From a bacterium (GTDB lineage: Bacteria > UBA8248), in NCBI GenBank assembly GCA_965261085.1, contig OZ253442.1, positions 928,001 to 992,000 of the forward strand: a stretch of 64,000 bases of DNA, written 5' to 3'. Positions 9,438-19,230 of the stretch are shown one piece after another; position 1 is the stretch's first letter, and the number at the start of each line of letters is the position of its first letter. A model generated the notes under the pieces. That model saw nothing but the letters and a program-made list of their open reading frames with translations, had not been told where the DNA came from and did no database searches. A program made the translations under genes and the position numbers.

Positions 9438-10409
9438 ATGAAAACATGCCGTACCTTGTGCTTCATTCTGATAGCTGTTTTCGCCGTCGCATTGCCGCTG
9501 CAATCCGCTTCGGCCGCCTATCCCGATAAGCCGATTCAGTTCATCATTCCCTTCGGCGCGGGCGGTGGCGCGGACATCGAGGGACGCCTGCTCGCCAAGG
9601 GGATGGCGAATGTGCTCGGCGTTCCCGTGGTGGCCATCAACAAACCGGGCGCGGGCGGCGCCGTCACCTACACGTTCGTCAAGAACTCCAAGCCCGACGG
9701 CTATACGGTTGCCTGGAACTCCACGTCCATCCTCACCTCCACGAACATCGGCAACGTGCCTTGGGATTACACGGCGCTCGACCACATCGGGCGGGTGCAC
9801 TTCCAGCCCCTGGTGGTGGCGGTGAACGCCAAATCGAAGTGGAAGACGGCGAAGGCTTTCGTGGCCGACTGCAAGAAAAAGCCGAACACGCTCAAGATCG
9901 GCCACGCGGGCACCGGCAGCACCACCCATCTCACGGCCGTCGTGTTCACGAGCATGACGGGATGTAAGGCCATACTCGTTCCCCTGGGCGTCAAGCGCCG
10001 CAACGCAGCGCTTCTGAGCGGCGAGGTGGACGCCATGGGTGCGCCTCTTACGGGGGCGATTCGTCTGGCGAAAGCGAACAAGTTCCGCATCATCACCCAT
10101 ATAACGGGCAAGCGGAACCCAGCGATCGCGGACGTGCCCACCATGAAGGAACTGGGCTACGACATCTCCTTCGATCACTTCCGCGGTCTCAGCGTGCCCA
10201 AAGGAACGCCCGCGGCCGTGAAGGCGAAACTCGTCGACGCCATGACGAAGGCCGCCAACTCGGCGGCTTTCAAGAAATTGGCCAAGACGAAAGGCTTCAC
10301 GATCGACCCGAGCGGGCCGAAAGAGTTCGGCATGATGCTCGCCAAGCGCGACAAGATTGTCGCCGACATCATGAAGGCGACGGGTATCTACAAGTCCAAG
10401 AAGAAATAA
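9438..10409 (+). CDS. tctC: Tripartite tricarboxylate transporter substrate-binding protein
   Basis: Signal peptide, YPDKPI..IIPFGAGGGAD, NKPGAGG, PDGYT. Confidence 0.92.
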   Translation: MKTCRTLCFILIAVFAVALPLQSASAAYPDKPIQFIIPFGAGGGADIEGRLLAKGMANVLGVPVVAINKPGAGGAVTYTFVKNSKPDGYTVAWNSTSILTSTNIGNVPWDYTALDHIGRVHFQPLVVAVNAKSKWKTAKAFVADCKKKPNTLKIGHAGTGSTTHLTAVVFTSMTGCKAILVPLGVKRRNAALLSGEVDAMGAPLTGAIRLAKANKFRIITHITGKRNPAIADVPTMKELGYDISFDHFRGLSVPKGTPAAVKAKLVDAMTKAANSAAFKKLAKTKGFTIDPSGPKEFGMMLAKRDKIVADIMKATGIYKSKKK

Positions 10410-10434
10410 GGGCGCCAATCGTGTGAAACATGGG

Positions 10435-10472
10435 GGCCGCCTCCCTCTTAAGCGAGGGGGCGGCCTTCATTT
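10435..10472 (+). terminator. GC-rich hairpin after tctC (attenuator or mRNA stabiliser)
   Basis: GGCCGCCTCCCTC...GAGGGGGCGGCC stem followed by a T-rich stretch. Confidence 0.5.
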
Positions 10473-10509
10473 TCGAGTCGTTTCCTCTTCCTGGGGCAGG
10501 TTATCCGCG

Positions 10510-10992
10510 ATGGGTTTAAGAAATATCGTCGGCGGGGTATTCATTCTCGGTTTTACGCTCTATTACGGCGGCCTCGCCACCCTGCTCCCGAAACGCACCA
10601 CGACCGACGCGCCGGGGCCCCATTTTTTCCCGTATCTGATCACGATCTCGATAATCGCTCTCTCCGGGGTGCTCCTCTTCCAGGGGGTGAGGGGACTGAA
10701 AGGATCCTCAGGCCTCGCCGATTTGATGCCTGAGAAGTCCTCCTCGAATCAAGATTACAGTCTCACTCGCGCAGTGGCCGGGTTGCTGCTCACGGGCCTT
10801 TATTTTTTTGCGCTTTCCATGTTCGGGTTTTTCTGGGCCACTCCCGTTTTCTTCGCCGCTCTCATGTGGGTGACGGGCGAGCGCCGCCCGCATATTCTTC
10901 TCGGTTTGGCGATTATCGTTCCCATGTTCTTGTTCTTTTTGTTCCGCGACCTTTTTCAGCTTCCCCTCCCGAGGGGAAGCTTTTTTGGATGA
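10510..10992 (+). CDS. tctB: TctB-family small membrane subunit
   Basis: Four TM segments, GPHFFP motif, C-terminal LPLPRG; lies between tctC and tctA. Confidence 0.88.
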   Translation: MGLRNIVGGVFILGFTLYYGGLATLLPKRTTTDAPGPHFFPYLITISIIALSGVLLFQGVRGLKGSSGLADLMPEKSSSNQDYSLTRAVAGLLLTGLYFFALSMFGFFWATPVFFAALMWVTGERRPHILLGLAIIVPMFLFFLFRDLFQLPLPRGSFFG

Positions 10993-10998
10993 TGCAAG

Positions 10999-12507
10999 AT
11001 GAACGGTGACATGCTTCAGGGATTCTACCTCGCTCTCGCGCCGACGAGCATCCTGGCCACCGCCCTGGGCGCCTTACACGGCCTCATATGCGGGATGATG
11101 CCGGGCCTGACGACGAGTGCGGGCATCATCATCCTGTTTCCGGTCACCTTCATCCTGGAGCCGACCACCGCCGTGGCGCTTCTGCTCGGCGTATTCGCGG
11201 GCGGAATGACGGGGGGAAGCTTCGCCGCCATCCTCATCAATATCCCGGGTTCGCCGTCGGCTTCGGCCACCACGATGGATGGGTTCCCCCTGACCCAGAA
11301 GGGAGAGGCCGGGCGCGCTCTCGGGATTTCCATCGTATCGAGCTTCACCGGCGGTCTTTTCAGCTTTTTCTGCCTGCTGTTGATCGCTCCCCAACTCACG
11401 AAAGTGGCCCTTCAGTTCCGTGCGGCCGATCTGTTCGGGCTGGTCTTTTTCGGTATGTCCGTCATATCCGCCTTCGCGGCGAAATCGCTCGTGAAGGGCC
11501 TGTTGTCCACTTTTCTGGGCCTCATGATCGTTACGGTGGGGATGGATCCGCTCGTGGGGACGGCTCGTTTCACCTTCGGCGACGTGAACATGCTCTCGGG
11601 CATCCACTTCATCCCCGCTCTCGTGGGCCTCTTCGCCATTCCGGAGATAATGGCGAACCTGGCGGAGGGGAACATTCGCTCGGTCGCCTCGAGATTCGGC
11701 CGCGTGTTTCCCAGTTGGGAAGATATCAAAAAGATTCGTATTCCGGTGGCCATCGGCTCCATCGTGGGTACTTTTATCGGCATCCTCCCGGGAGCGGGCG
11801 GCCCGATAGCCGTTTTCGTGAGTTACGACTACGCCCAGAAAGTCAGCAAGGAGCCCGAAAAATTCGGTAAGGGTTGTATAGAAGGGGTGGCCGCTCCCGA
11901 ATCGGCGAACAGTTCTATTGCCGGCGGGGCGCTCATTCCCATGATGACGCTGGGGATTCCGGGTGATCCGATAACCGCCATCCTCATCGGCGCCTTGCTG
12001 GTCCACGGCATGGCGCCGGGGCCGCTGCTTTTCGTGGAGCAGGGCCCTTTTGCGTTTTCCGTGCTTTTTTCGTATTTCATCGCGATTTGCAGCACGGCGC
12101 TGGTCGCGTTCCTGGGCTTGCGGCTCATCGTGAAATTGCTGTCCATTCCCCGATCGCTCCTTCTTCCGATAATCGTCGCCTTGTGTGTTTTGGGAACGTA
12201 TGCGCTGAGGAACTCTTTTTTCGATATATACGTCATGTTCTTTTTCGGACTCGTGGCGCTCTCTTTCAAATGGCTCGATATTCCGGTCGTCCCCATGTTG
12301 CTTGCGCTCGTGCTGGGCAGGCAGTTGGAAGAGCACTTGCGGGTCGCCCTCGCCGCATCGAAAGGCGATGTCTCGATTTTCTTCACTTCTCCGTGGTGTC
12401 TGGTTTTCCTCTGCCTCTCGTTGGTCTCTTTCGCCTGGCCGTTCCTGCTCGAGTGGAGAATCAGGAACAGAGCGCGCAAGAACGCATCCATCCCTTCCTC
12501 CGCATAG
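10999..12507 (+). CDS. tctA: TctA-family large membrane subunit
   Basis: NIPGSP, APESANS, TLGIPGD, PGPLLF motifs. Confidence 0.93.
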   Translation: MNGDMLQGFYLALAPTSILATALGALHGLICGMMPGLTTSAGIIILFPVTFILEPTTAVALLLGVFAGGMTGGSFAAILINIPGSPSASATTMDGFPLTQKGEAGRALGISIVSSFTGGLFSFFCLLLIAPQLTKVALQFRAADLFGLVFFGMSVISAFAAKSLVKGLLSTFLGLMIVTVGMDPLVGTARFTFGDVNMLSGIHFIPALVGLFAIPEIMANLAEGNIRSVASRFGRVFPSWEDIKKIRIPVAIGSIVGTFIGILPGAGGPIAVFVSYDYAQKVSKEPEKFGKGCIEGVAAPESANSSIAGGALIPMMTLGIPGDPITAILIGALLVHGMAPGPLLFVEQGPFAFSVLFSYFIAICSTALVAFLGLRLIVKLLSIPRSLLLPIIVALCVLGTYALRNSFFDIYVMFFFGLVALSFKWLDIPVVPMLLALVLGRQLEEHLRVALAASKGDVSIFFTSPWCLVFLCLSLVSFAWPFLLEWRIRNRARKNASIPSSA

Positions 12508-12747
12508 AAAGCGCATCGGTTGGTTTCTTTGCGCTTGAACCGGAGAAAGATTCTCGCGGCGTTTCAGTCGCAGTCGCTTTGATGAGAACTAAAACGAAAA
12601 ACGCGGCTCTTGACCCTGAATTGAGGCTCATCTAACCTTCTCTTCACGGTGAAAACAAATTTTCTCTAACGTCCAGTTTTCGGTCTCGAACGGGTCTGAT
12701 TCTGGCAATTTGGATTCGTAAGTTTCCATTTTCAAGGGGGGCTTCTC

Positions 12748-13968
12748 ATGTCTGGTTTTGGAAAAAAAGCGCTCATAGCCGCAGTGATGTCACTTGCGAT
12801 TGTGTCATCCGGCGCGTCCGCCTCGTTTGCGGCGAAAACCATCAAAATCGGCGCTCTCTCTCCGCTGACGGGCCTTTATTCCATCGTGGGGAAAAGAACG
12901 AGCCAGGGCATCAACCTGGCCGTGAAGGAAATCAATGACGCGGGCGGCGTTCTGGGCCATAAGTTCGAGGCGCTGATCCGCGACTCGGAAACCAACCCGG
13001 CGAGTTCGGTGCGCACCGCGAGACGGTTGATTCTGCGCGATAAGGTTTTCGCCCTTCTCGGTCCGCTGCACGGGGGAGCGGCCATCGCCGTTTTGCAGGA
13101 ATCGAAAAAGCTCAAGACGATGAATTTCCCCTGGGCGGCGACCGAAGAGATCAATACGAAATTCTGCAGCCGCTACACCTGGCGTGTGGGAAGCAGCGCG
13201 CAACAGACCTCTCGCGCAGGCGCCGTCATCGCCCATCGGCTGGGCTATAAGACCTGGGCGACGATATCTTCTGATTTTTCATACGGTCGCTCTGTTGTCC
13301 GGCAGTTCTGGAACTATCTCAAGGAACGCGACCCGGGTGCGAAACGCCCCTATGCGGCATGGCCGAAGCTGGGTGAGAATGATTACTCCGCCTACATCAA
13401 CAAGATGCAGAAGGCGAAGCCGGATGCGATTTTCGTCGGCCTGTTCGGGGCTGACCTCATCAAGTTCATGAAGCAGGCCCGCTCCTTCGGGATGTATGAG
13501 AAGGTGAAGATATTCACCGATTTCGGCGGCAACCACGTCGTGCTCAAGGCGCTTGGCGATCAGGCCCCGTTTGGTCATTGGGCGAGTTCGCGCTATCTGC
13601 ACAACTATCCGGTTTCCGCGGGCAACAAACGCTTCGTGGACAACTTCCGCAAAGCGTACAATGTGTATCCGGACATGACGGCCGGCGAGGCCTATTCGAC
13701 CGTTCACGTGATTGCGGAATCCATCCGCCGCGCCGGCGTGGTGGACAAGGAGAAGGCGATTGACGTCATGGGAGGCGTCGCCTTCAACTCACCCGAGGGA
13801 TGGATCATCATGCGCCCATCCGATCACCAAGGGTGGCAGTCCAGCTTCTGGGGCGTGATTTCAAAAAGCAAGAAATATCCTTTCCCGATTCTCTCGAACA
13901 TTCAGGTGATATCTCCCGTCGAGGGTTCTCACCCGGACGAGAACACGGGCCAGGGTTGCCGGAAATAA
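12748..13968 (+). CDS. Branched-chain (Liv-type) ABC substrate-binding protein
   Basis: Signal peptide, IKIG..SPLTG, EINDAGGVLG, type I PBP pattern. Confidence 0.9.
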   Translation: MSGFGKKALIAAVMSLAIVSSGASASFAAKTIKIGALSPLTGLYSIVGKRTSQGINLAVKEINDAGGVLGHKFEALIRDSETNPASSVRTARRLILRDKVFALLGPLHGGAAIAVLQESKKLKTMNFPWAATEEINTKFCSRYTWRVGSSAQQTSRAGAVIAHRLGYKTWATISSDFSYGRSVVRQFWNYLKERDPGAKRPYAAWPKLGENDYSAYINKMQKAKPDAIFVGLFGADLIKFMKQARSFGMYEKVKIFTDFGGNHVVLKALGDQAPFGHWASSRYLHNYPVSAGNKRFVDNFRKAYNVYPDMTAGEAYSTVHVIAESIRRAGVVDKEKAIDVMGGVAFNSPEGWIIMRPSDHQGWQSSFWGVISKSKKYPFPILSNIQVISPVEGSHPDENTGQGCRK

Positions 13969-14043
13969 TCATCGCGCGTGAAGCCGAGGACGCCCCGGGA
14001 AGTTTTGGGGCGTCGCTTCACCTTTTTCTGGAGGCCCGGGCGC

Positions 14044-14925
14044 ATGGAATTGGACGTCAGTTTTTGGTTGACCCAGTTTCTGAACGGGTTGGCCAACGCG
14101 ATGATTCTCTTCCTGATCGCCTCGGGCCTCACGATTCTCCTGGGCGTGCTGGGCGTCCTGAATCTGGCCCACGGTTCGTTTTACATGCTGGGCGCTTTTC
14201 TGATTTTCTCGAGTTCGCTCATCAAGAATCCAAGCTGGTTCTGGGTGGGTCTGCTCCTGGCGCCCCTCGTGGTGGCGGGGTTTGGAACCATCATCGAAGC
14301 ATTTTGTCTGCGCCCTCTCTATCATCGCGAAAGACTCTACACCCTGCTTTTAACCTATGGATTCACCCTCATTCTCGATGACCTGGTTTTGCTGATTTGG
14401 GGCCGAGATTACAAGTCCGTACCCATCCCCGCGCTGCTCGACGGCCGTATCTCCATAGGGGATTTCAGTTATCCCGTGTATTTTCTCTTCATCATCGCAG
14501 TCGGTCCACTGTTGGGCGTTTTTCTGTGGTTCATCCTTCACCGAACGAATTTTGGAAAACTCATACGCGCCGCCGCCACGGACAGTGAGATGCTCGACGC
14601 CCTGGGGGTCAACGTGAACCGGGTATTCACCGGCGTATTCGCCCTGGGCGCCTGGCTTGCGAGCCTGGGCGGGATTCTGGCCGCGCCCATGAGGAGCGTC
14701 GAGCCCGGTATGGGGGTGGAGATCATCATCGAATCGTTCATCGTCGTCATCATCGGGGGAATGGGGAGTTATCTGGGCGCGTTCGTGGGCGCTGTGCTCA
14801 TCGGGATGCTCAAGGCGTTTGGCATCGAAATTCTCGAGAATTTTTCGATGGTTTTCATCTACGCCCTCGTGCTGCCGATTCTAATCTTAAGACCCCGTGG
14901 TCTGTTCGGCGAGACGACAATCTAG
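14044..14925 (+). CDS. livH: Liv-type ABC permease
   Basis: ASGLT..LG...VLNLAHG, IIGGMGS, RPRGLFG. Confidence 0.9.
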   Translation: MELDVSFWLTQFLNGLANAMILFLIASGLTILLGVLGVLNLAHGSFYMLGAFLIFSSSLIKNPSWFWVGLLLAPLVVAGFGTIIEAFCLRPLYHRERLYTLLLTYGFTLILDDLVLLIWGRDYKSVPIPALLDGRISIGDFSYPVYFLFIIAVGPLLGVFLWFILHRTNFGKLIRAAATDSEMLDALGVNVNRVFTGVFALGAWLASLGGILAAPMRSVEPGMGVEIIIESFIVVIIGGMGSYLGAFVGAVLIGMLKAFGIEILENFSMVFIYALVLPILILRPRGLFGETTI

Positions 14926-14947
14926 GAACGGGAGCCTGGAAAGACGC

Positions 14948-15976
14948 ATGGAAAGTTCATCGAGCAAAAAAATTTTCTTGAGCCGACTCACGGAGCGCAT
15001 CCTCAAACGCTTCGGCATCGCGGCTTTGCTCGGATTGGCCGTTCTTGCCCCAGTTTTGGTTCAGAACGATTATTATATTCAGTTTTGCACGGAAATTCTC
15101 ATCGCGAGCCTGCTCGCCATCAGCCTGAATTTTCTCATCGGCTTCACCGGCCTCGTCTCCCTGGGACATGCGGTGTACCTGGGCGTCGGCGCCTATGCCT
15201 TCGCCCTTTTGACGAAGAACGTTTATCCCTCCATGTGGGCCGGATTGATAACGGCGGGCGCCTCCTGCGCACTTCTCGCATGGTTCATGGGTATTTTCTG
15301 CGTGCGTCTGGCGGGGTTGTATTTCGCCATGTTGACGCTCGCGTTCTCTCAAGTGGTCTACACCGTCGCCTACTATTGGCGCGACGTCACGGGCGGGGAT
15401 GACGGGATGCTCGGCATCCCGAAGCCTGAGATAGGGATTCCGGGCGTGTTCAGCATTTCTCTGGAATCGTTTACGAACTTTTATTATTTCGTGCTGATCA
15501 TCGTGGCGACCTTGATCTTTTTGGCGTGGAAAATCGCCAATTCACCTTTTGGCAAGGTGTTGCAGGCTATTCGGGAAAACCCCGAGCGCGTGGAATTCAT
15601 CGGCCTGCCCGTACACAGGTATAAATTGTTCGCATTCATCATCGCCGGGACCCTCGGCGGTTTCGCTGGTGGTCTGTACTCGACTTTTCAGGGCTATATT
15701 TCACCCGATTTACTCTACTGGACCCAATCGGGCGAGATTGTTTTGATGACGATCCTGGGCGGTATGTATTCTTTCCTGGGGCCCGCCTTCGGCGCGGGGC
15801 TGCTCTTGTTCATCCGGGACACGGTTTTGAATTTCATGGAGTACTGGAGAATCGTCGTCGGCGGTATCCTGGTGCTCCTGGTTTTATTCCTCCCCGGCGG
15901 AATCCTGGGGTTCTTCGAGGGGTGGATGTCCAGATTATCGATTGGTGGAAACGATGGCGACGACGCCCGTTCTTGA
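14948..15976 (+). CDS. livM: Liv-type ABC permease
   Basis: GFTGLVSLGHA, YFAMLTLAF, TGGDDG, AIRENPER, LPGGILG. Confidence 0.9.
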   Translation: MESSSSKKIFLSRLTERILKRFGIAALLGLAVLAPVLVQNDYYIQFCTEILIASLLAISLNFLIGFTGLVSLGHAVYLGVGAYAFALLTKNVYPSMWAGLITAGASCALLAWFMGIFCVRLAGLYFAMLTLAFSQVVYTVAYYWRDVTGGDDGMLGIPKPEIGIPGVFSISLESFTNFYYFVLIIVATLIFLAWKIANSPFGKVLQAIRENPERVEFIGLPVHRYKLFAFIIAGTLGGFAGGLYSTFQGYISPDLLYWTQSGEIVLMTILGGMYSFLGPAFGAGLLLFIRDTVLNFMEYWRIVVGGILVLLVLFLPGGILGFFEGWMSRLSIGGNDGDDARS

Positions 15977-16706
15977 GACCCGGAGTCTGAGCAAACAGTT
16001 CGGTTCGCTTCTGGCGGTCAACGAGGTGGACTTTGAAGTCCCGCAGGGAGAGTTGTGCGCCGTCATCGGGCCCAACGGGGCGGGGAAAACTACCTTTTTC
16101 AATCTGATTTCAGGGAGGTTCGAACCGACTTCGGGCGCGATTTTCTTCGAAGGGGAGGATATTACCGGCTTTCCTCCGCACGCGGTGGTGAAAAAAGGGG
16201 TGGGCCGCTCTTTTCAGATCACGAACATATTCCCCCGGCTTTCGGTTCTGGACAACGTGCGCATCGCCGTTTTGGCGAGACGGGGCAAGACGCTGGATAT
16301 GTTCTCGCCCATCGAGAAGTACACCGAAGAACAAGAAGAGGCGCTCGTAATACTCGGCGAAGTGGAACTCGAGCACAAGGCGCATCGCCCGACCACGGAA
16401 CTGGGTCACGGGGAGAGAAGAAACCTGGAACTCGGTATCACGCTGGCGCTGGAGCCCCGGTTGATCCTGCTGGACGAGCCGACGGCCGGCATGTCGATCG
16501 AGGAGACATCGAGCACCATAGATCTCGTAAAAAAGATATCCAGTGATAAAACGGTCGTCTTCACCGAGCATGACATGAGCGTGGTTTTCTCAATCGCCGA
16601 TCGCATATCCGTCCTGCATCAGGGGAGCATCATCGCCGAGGGAACGCCCGATGAGATTCGCAACAACGACCTCGTTCGCCTCGCCTACCTGGGGGAAGAG
16701 GTGTGA
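15954..16706 (+). CDS. livG: Liv-type ABC ATPase
   Basis: GPNGAGKT, RSFQ, LLDEP, EHDM, AYLG. Confidence 0.9.
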   Translation: MATTPVLETRSLSKQFGSLLAVNEVDFEVPQGELCAVIGPNGAGKTTFFNLISGRFEPTSGAIFFEGEDITGFPPHAVVKKGVGRSFQITNIFPRLSVLDNVRIAVLARRGKTLDMFSPIEKYTEEQEEALVILGEVELEHKAHRPTTELGHGERRNLELGITLALEPRLILLDEPTAGMSIEETSSTIDLVKKISSDKTVVFTEHDMSVVFSIADRISVLHQGSIIAEGTPDEIRNNDLVRLAYLGEEV

Positions 16707-17404
16707 TTCTCACCCTCGAGAAAATAAATACGTTCTACGGGCACAGCCATATTCTGTTCGACGTGGATATGAGCATCGCCGAAGGGGAGGTGGTGAGCCT
16801 TCTCGGAAGGAACGGCGCGGGAAAGACGACCACGCTCCGCTCCATCATGGGGTTGACGCCCCCGCGCGAGGGCAGCGTGCGCTGGCTGGGCGAAGAAGTG
16901 CAACGCTTAAAGCCGCATGCGATCGCCAGAAAAGGCGTGGGCTTCGTGCCCGAGGACAGGAGAATTTTCTCTCGTCTCAGCGTGGAGGAAAATCTCGAAA
17001 TAGGGGCCTTCAAGCTGGATCGCCCCACTGGCTGGACACTTGAGCGCATATATGGTCTTTTCCCTAAGCTTGAGCTATTGAAGGCCCACAAGGGAAACCA
17101 GCTCAGTGGCGGCGAACAGCAGATGCTGGCCATCGCCCGCGCGTTGATGGGGGCTCCGAAACTCGTTTTGCTCGATGAACCCTCAGAGGGTCTGGCGCCG
17201 GTCATCGTGAAAGACATGGGCGAGATGATAGGCACGCTCAAGGATGAGGGAATCACCGTATTGCTGGTGGAGCAAAACGCCCGTTTCGCCTGTCGACTCT
17301 CCGATCGCGTTTACATCATCGACAACGGCAGGGTCCGCTTCGGTGGTACGGTGGCGCAGCTCGAAGAGGACGAAGAGCTCAAATCGCGTTATCTGGCCGT
17401 TTGA
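16703..17404 (+). CDS. livF: Liv-type ABC ATPase
   Basis: GRNGAGKT, LSGGEQQMLAIAR, LLDEPSEGLAP. Confidence 0.9.
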   Translation: MILTLEKINTFYGHSHILFDVDMSIAEGEVVSLLGRNGAGKTTTLRSIMGLTPPREGSVRWLGEEVQRLKPHAIARKGVGFVPEDRRIFSRLSVEENLEIGAFKLDRPTGWTLERIYGLFPKLELLKAHKGNQLSGGEQQMLAIARALMGAPKLVLLDEPSEGLAPVIVKDMGEMIGTLKDEGITVLLVEQNARFACRLSDRVYIIDNGRVRFGGTVAQLEEDEELKSRYLAV

Positions 17405-17443
17405 TTTTTTGTTTTCCCGGCAGGGAAACGAGGAGGGTTTTGG

Positions 17444-18451
17444 ATGAACTCCCGTGTTGAATTCGGTTTGATCATGGCCCTGACCATCCGTGGACTCGCC
17501 GTTGGAAACTTCGAGGACATGAAATTGGTGGCGCAGGAAGCGGAGAGGCTGGGCTTTGATTCGATATGGCTTTGCGATCATTTCCTGACGCTCGACCCGA
17601 GCTCCTATGCGAAAGACGCCGGTTTCGATGCGGCGGGGGATTCGGAAGGCATCGGATCCGGCTCCATCCCCTTGCTCGAAACCTGGACGGCGCTCAGCGC
17701 CCTCTCGCAAGTGACGAAAAAACTTCGCCTCGGAACCAGCGTTTTGAGCAATTCCTACCGCATCCCCTCGGTGCTCGCGAAGATGGGCGCGACGCTGGAT
17801 CACATCAGCGGCGGGCGGCTCGATCTGGGTCTCGGCGCGGGCTGGATGCAGGAGGAGTACGAGGCCTACGGCATTCCTTTCCCGAGGGCTTCGGTTCGGA
17901 TCGCCCAGATGGAAGAGGCCGTTCAACTGATCCGCAAGATATGGACGGAGCCTCACCCCACGTTCGAGGGCGAGCATTACACGATAAAGGGCGCTGTGTG
18001 CGACCCCCCGCCGGTTCAGAAACCATCGCCTCCGATATGGATTGGCGGGGAGGGCAAGAAAGTTCTTCGCGCGGCGGCCAGATACGCCGATGGCTTCAAC
18101 GTGCGCTGGTGGCCTCCCGAGCGCTATATCGAGCGCAAGGAGGAGATTGACGCCAACTGCGAGGAGGCGGGGCGCGACCCCGAAGCGCTCCAGCGCTCCT
18201 TGATGTGCCTTCTTCTCCCGAGCCATGATCGCGCCCGCATAGAGGCCGAAAAAAAGCGATTTGCCGCCATTCCGGAGACTGGTATAATTTCGGGAACACC
18301 TCAAGAATGCGTAGAACGGATGATGGAATACGTCGACGCGGGCGTCAGGCATTTTTTATATACGATTCCCGATGTCGCCGAAATGGATATGCTTCGTCTC
18401 GCGGGAGAGGAGATTCTTCCCGAAGTCAGGAACCTGGCGAACGGGGAATGA
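17444..18451 (+). CDS. Luciferase-like (LLM) oxidoreductase, probably F420-dependent class
   Basis: GFDSIWLCDH, LAKMGATLDHISGGR..LGLGAGW, P.VQKP.PPIWIGG. Confidence 0.85.
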   Translation: MNSRVEFGLIMALTIRGLAVGNFEDMKLVAQEAERLGFDSIWLCDHFLTLDPSSYAKDAGFDAAGDSEGIGSGSIPLLETWTALSALSQVTKKLRLGTSVLSNSYRIPSVLAKMGATLDHISGGRLDLGLGAGWMQEEYEAYGIPFPRASVRIAQMEEAVQLIRKIWTEPHPTFEGEHYTIKGAVCDPPPVQKPSPPIWIGGEGKKVLRAAARYADGFNVRWWPPERYIERKEEIDANCEEAGRDPEALQRSLMCLLLPSHDRARIEAEKKRFAAIPETGIISGTPQECVERMMEYVDAGVRHFLYTIPDVAEMDMLRLAGEEILPEVRNLANGE

Positions 18452-18482
18452 AGCCGTTTATACCTAGCAGGGAGATTTTCCA

Positions 18483-19172
18483 ATGAATGAAAACCAGGAA
18501 CTCGCCGATTATCTGAAACCCACCGAATTCATCGATTCGGATAATCCCGACATCGTCTCGAAAGCGGAAGAACTCACCGACGGCTGCGCGGACGATAAGG
18601 AAAAACTCGGCAACATCTATTATTTCGTCCGTGATTTTCCCTACGACATTCTCGACTCGTTCCGCTACCTCGCCGAGGGAAAGCGCCAGGCGAGCGACGT
18701 GCTGAACAACGGCAAGGCGTTCTGCATGGGCAAGGCCAGCATGTTCGCCGCCCTTTGCCGGGCCTCGGGCATCCCCTCGCGCATCGGCTTCCAGCAGCTT
18801 CATTGCCCGGACAAGCCTTTCATGAATGAGGAGGTCGCCAAGATCTGGGGCGACCGCAAGCTGCCGTGGCACTCGCTGGGAGAAGCGTATCTGGGCGGCA
18901 AGTGGCTTAAGCTCGACGCCACGATCGACAAGGAGTTCGCCGCACGAAAAGGGTGTGTATATTCCCAGGAATTCGATGGAGTACACGATATACCTTCCGT
19001 TGAAGGCCCCCTCATCAAGGATCTCCCGAGCCATAAGGACTACCCGAAAGACGTGGCCGACTGGTATGAGCAGGTCGCCAAGGACGTCGTCGCTTCCGTC
19101 GAGGAAGACGTGGTTCACGAAGACGTTCTCAGCGATCAGGAATGGTCCGGCCCCGAGACGGAGAAATTATAG
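18483..19172 (+). CDS. Transglutaminase-like (Cys-His-Asp) protein
   Basis: YL.PT.FID.D.P, FCMGKA, WH..GEAYL.GKW..LDAT. Confidence 0.85.
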   Translation: MNENQELADYLKPTEFIDSDNPDIVSKAEELTDGCADDKEKLGNIYYFVRDFPYDILDSFRYLAEGKRQASDVLNNGKAFCMGKASMFAALCRASGIPSRIGFQQLHCPDKPFMNEEVAKIWGDRKLPWHSLGEAYLGGKWLKLDATIDKEFAARKGCVYSQEFDGVHDIPSVEGPLIKDLPSHKDYPKDVADWYEQVAKDVVASVEEDVVHEDVLSDQEWSGPETEKL

Positions 19173-19230
19173 AGCCGGGCCGCCTCAGTAGGGGAGTCCG
19201 GTCGAAATAACATTCAATTTTAGGAGCTTT